The position numbers were made by a program, and so were the translations under genes. This document shows positions 28,226 to 28,835 of a DNA stretch of 28,835 bases, piece by piece (the stretch's first letter is position 1; every line of letters starts with the position of its first letter). The stretch covers positions 1-28,835 of the forward strand of contig JBDIWC010000048.1 in the NCBI GenBank assembly GCA_039794085.1, given 5' to 3'. The notes under the pieces are model-generated. The model searched no databases, was not told where the DNA came from, and saw only the letters and a program-made list of their open reading frames with translations. This stretch comes from Gemmatimonadales bacterium (GTDB lineage Bacteria; Gemmatimonadota; Gemmatimonadetes; Gemmatimonadales; GWC2-71-9).

Positions 28226-28543
28226 TCAGTCGAATTCCCCCTTCCACCGCCGGTCCAGGAAGGCCGCCACGGGAAGGATTTCGATTCCGTCGGCGGTGAC
28301 GCGCCGTTTGGGCTCAAGACTCACAACGATCCGCCGCCGGACCCTGTGGTGGTCGAGCGCGAGTGCGCCGAGTTCTCCCAGATGATGATCCGCTATCCGC
28401 GAGGAGGACTTCACCTCGATCGCGGCGTGCATCCCGGGTGCCGCCAGCACGAAATCCACCTCGACGCCGCTGGCGAGCCGCCAGTACGCCAGATCCCATC
28501 GCCGGTCGCGATACTCGCGATAGGCCGTGAGCTCACGATGCAT
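28226..28543 (-). pseudogene. C-terminal DUF4143 portion of an AAA_14/DUF4143 ATP-binding protein (ATPase domain missing)
   Basis: ELTAY..Y...LAYWRLASGVEVDFV....AIEVKS..., TADGIEILP..FL..W. No Walker A/B motif. Confidence 0.75.
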
Positions 28544-28551
28544 GACTTCAC

Positions 28552-28565
28552 TTTATCATGATAAA
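28552..28565. promoter_or_regulatory. Perfect 14-bp palindrome TTTATCATGATAAA overlapping an extended -10 (TGaTAAAGT) of the DUF4143 remnant
   Basis: Self-complementary AT-rich site. Minus strand reads TGATAAAGT gaagtc ATG. Confidence 0.6.
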
Positions 28566-28630
28566 CCGCAGTAGCAACGCGGGCACCAGTTCGTCGGCGA
28601 GGCGCCGCTCCAGTCCACCGTTATGGCCCC

Positions 28631-28835
28631 ATGGTCGCGTCCAGCGTGTCTCGTTGGTCTCCGCAGGTCCGGGCCGCAAAGCCGACCATGACCAGTGCGC
28701 TTTCCCGTATCGGCTTCTCCTGTGGCGGGTCCGGGGGAGTGACCTGCACCGGGGTCAACCCGTCGACCCTCGTGCTCGCCGTCGCCGAGACCCGGAACGT
28801 GACAGTCACCTACAGTGTCGGGGCCCCGGGCACCG
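28631..28835 (+). CDS. Partial ORF running off the window, Ig-like beta-sandwich fragment
   Basis: Frame from ATG 28631/28688 reads FSCGGSGGVTCTGVNPSTLVLAVAETRNVTVTYSVGAPGT with no stop before the window end. It is absent from the ORF track for that reason. Confidence 0.4.
   Translation, partial: MVASSVSRWSPQVRAAKPTMTSALSRIGFSCGGSGGVTCTGVNPSTLVLAVAETRNVTVTYSVGAPGT

Noticed and set aside
28621..28809. 62-aa minus-strand ORF
   Set aside because: The plus-strand open frame over the same bases looks more protein-like (Cys pair and alternating beta pattern).

Overview
A GC-rich bacterial window. The gene content and style suggest Gemmatimonadota, but that is inference. It opens with a repeat-dense non-coding block (1-870), followed by an exported VIT-vWA / ECF sigma / zf-HC2 anti-sigma operon whose anti-sigma is frameshifted at a C20 tract. 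The middle is mostly housekeeping: icd, two rhodaneses, an O-antigen-ligase-like protein, MarR, DUF1015-serA-serC, glutamate dehydrogenase, an ArsC/Spx-like protein and three coupled exported amidohydrolase paralogs. The right end looks accessory: a VOC protein, a 611-aa unknown protein, an AsmA/DUF748-like protein, an integrase-N-like protein and decayed PIN-toxin and AAA-DUF4143 genes. The most unusual signals are: (1) 7-bp tandem arrays that sit on, and supply, the stop codons of six genes; (2) three genes (sufE-like, vapC-like, AAA-DUF4143) that appear to have lost their centre; (3) a ~350-bp-period array with a fixed boundary motif and different palindromic interiors; (4) an apparent ATC start codon for DUF1015; (5) the poly-C frameshift in the anti-sigma factor. 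No rRNA, tRNA, CRISPR array or intact transposase was recognised. All family assignments are by motif recognition, not database search.
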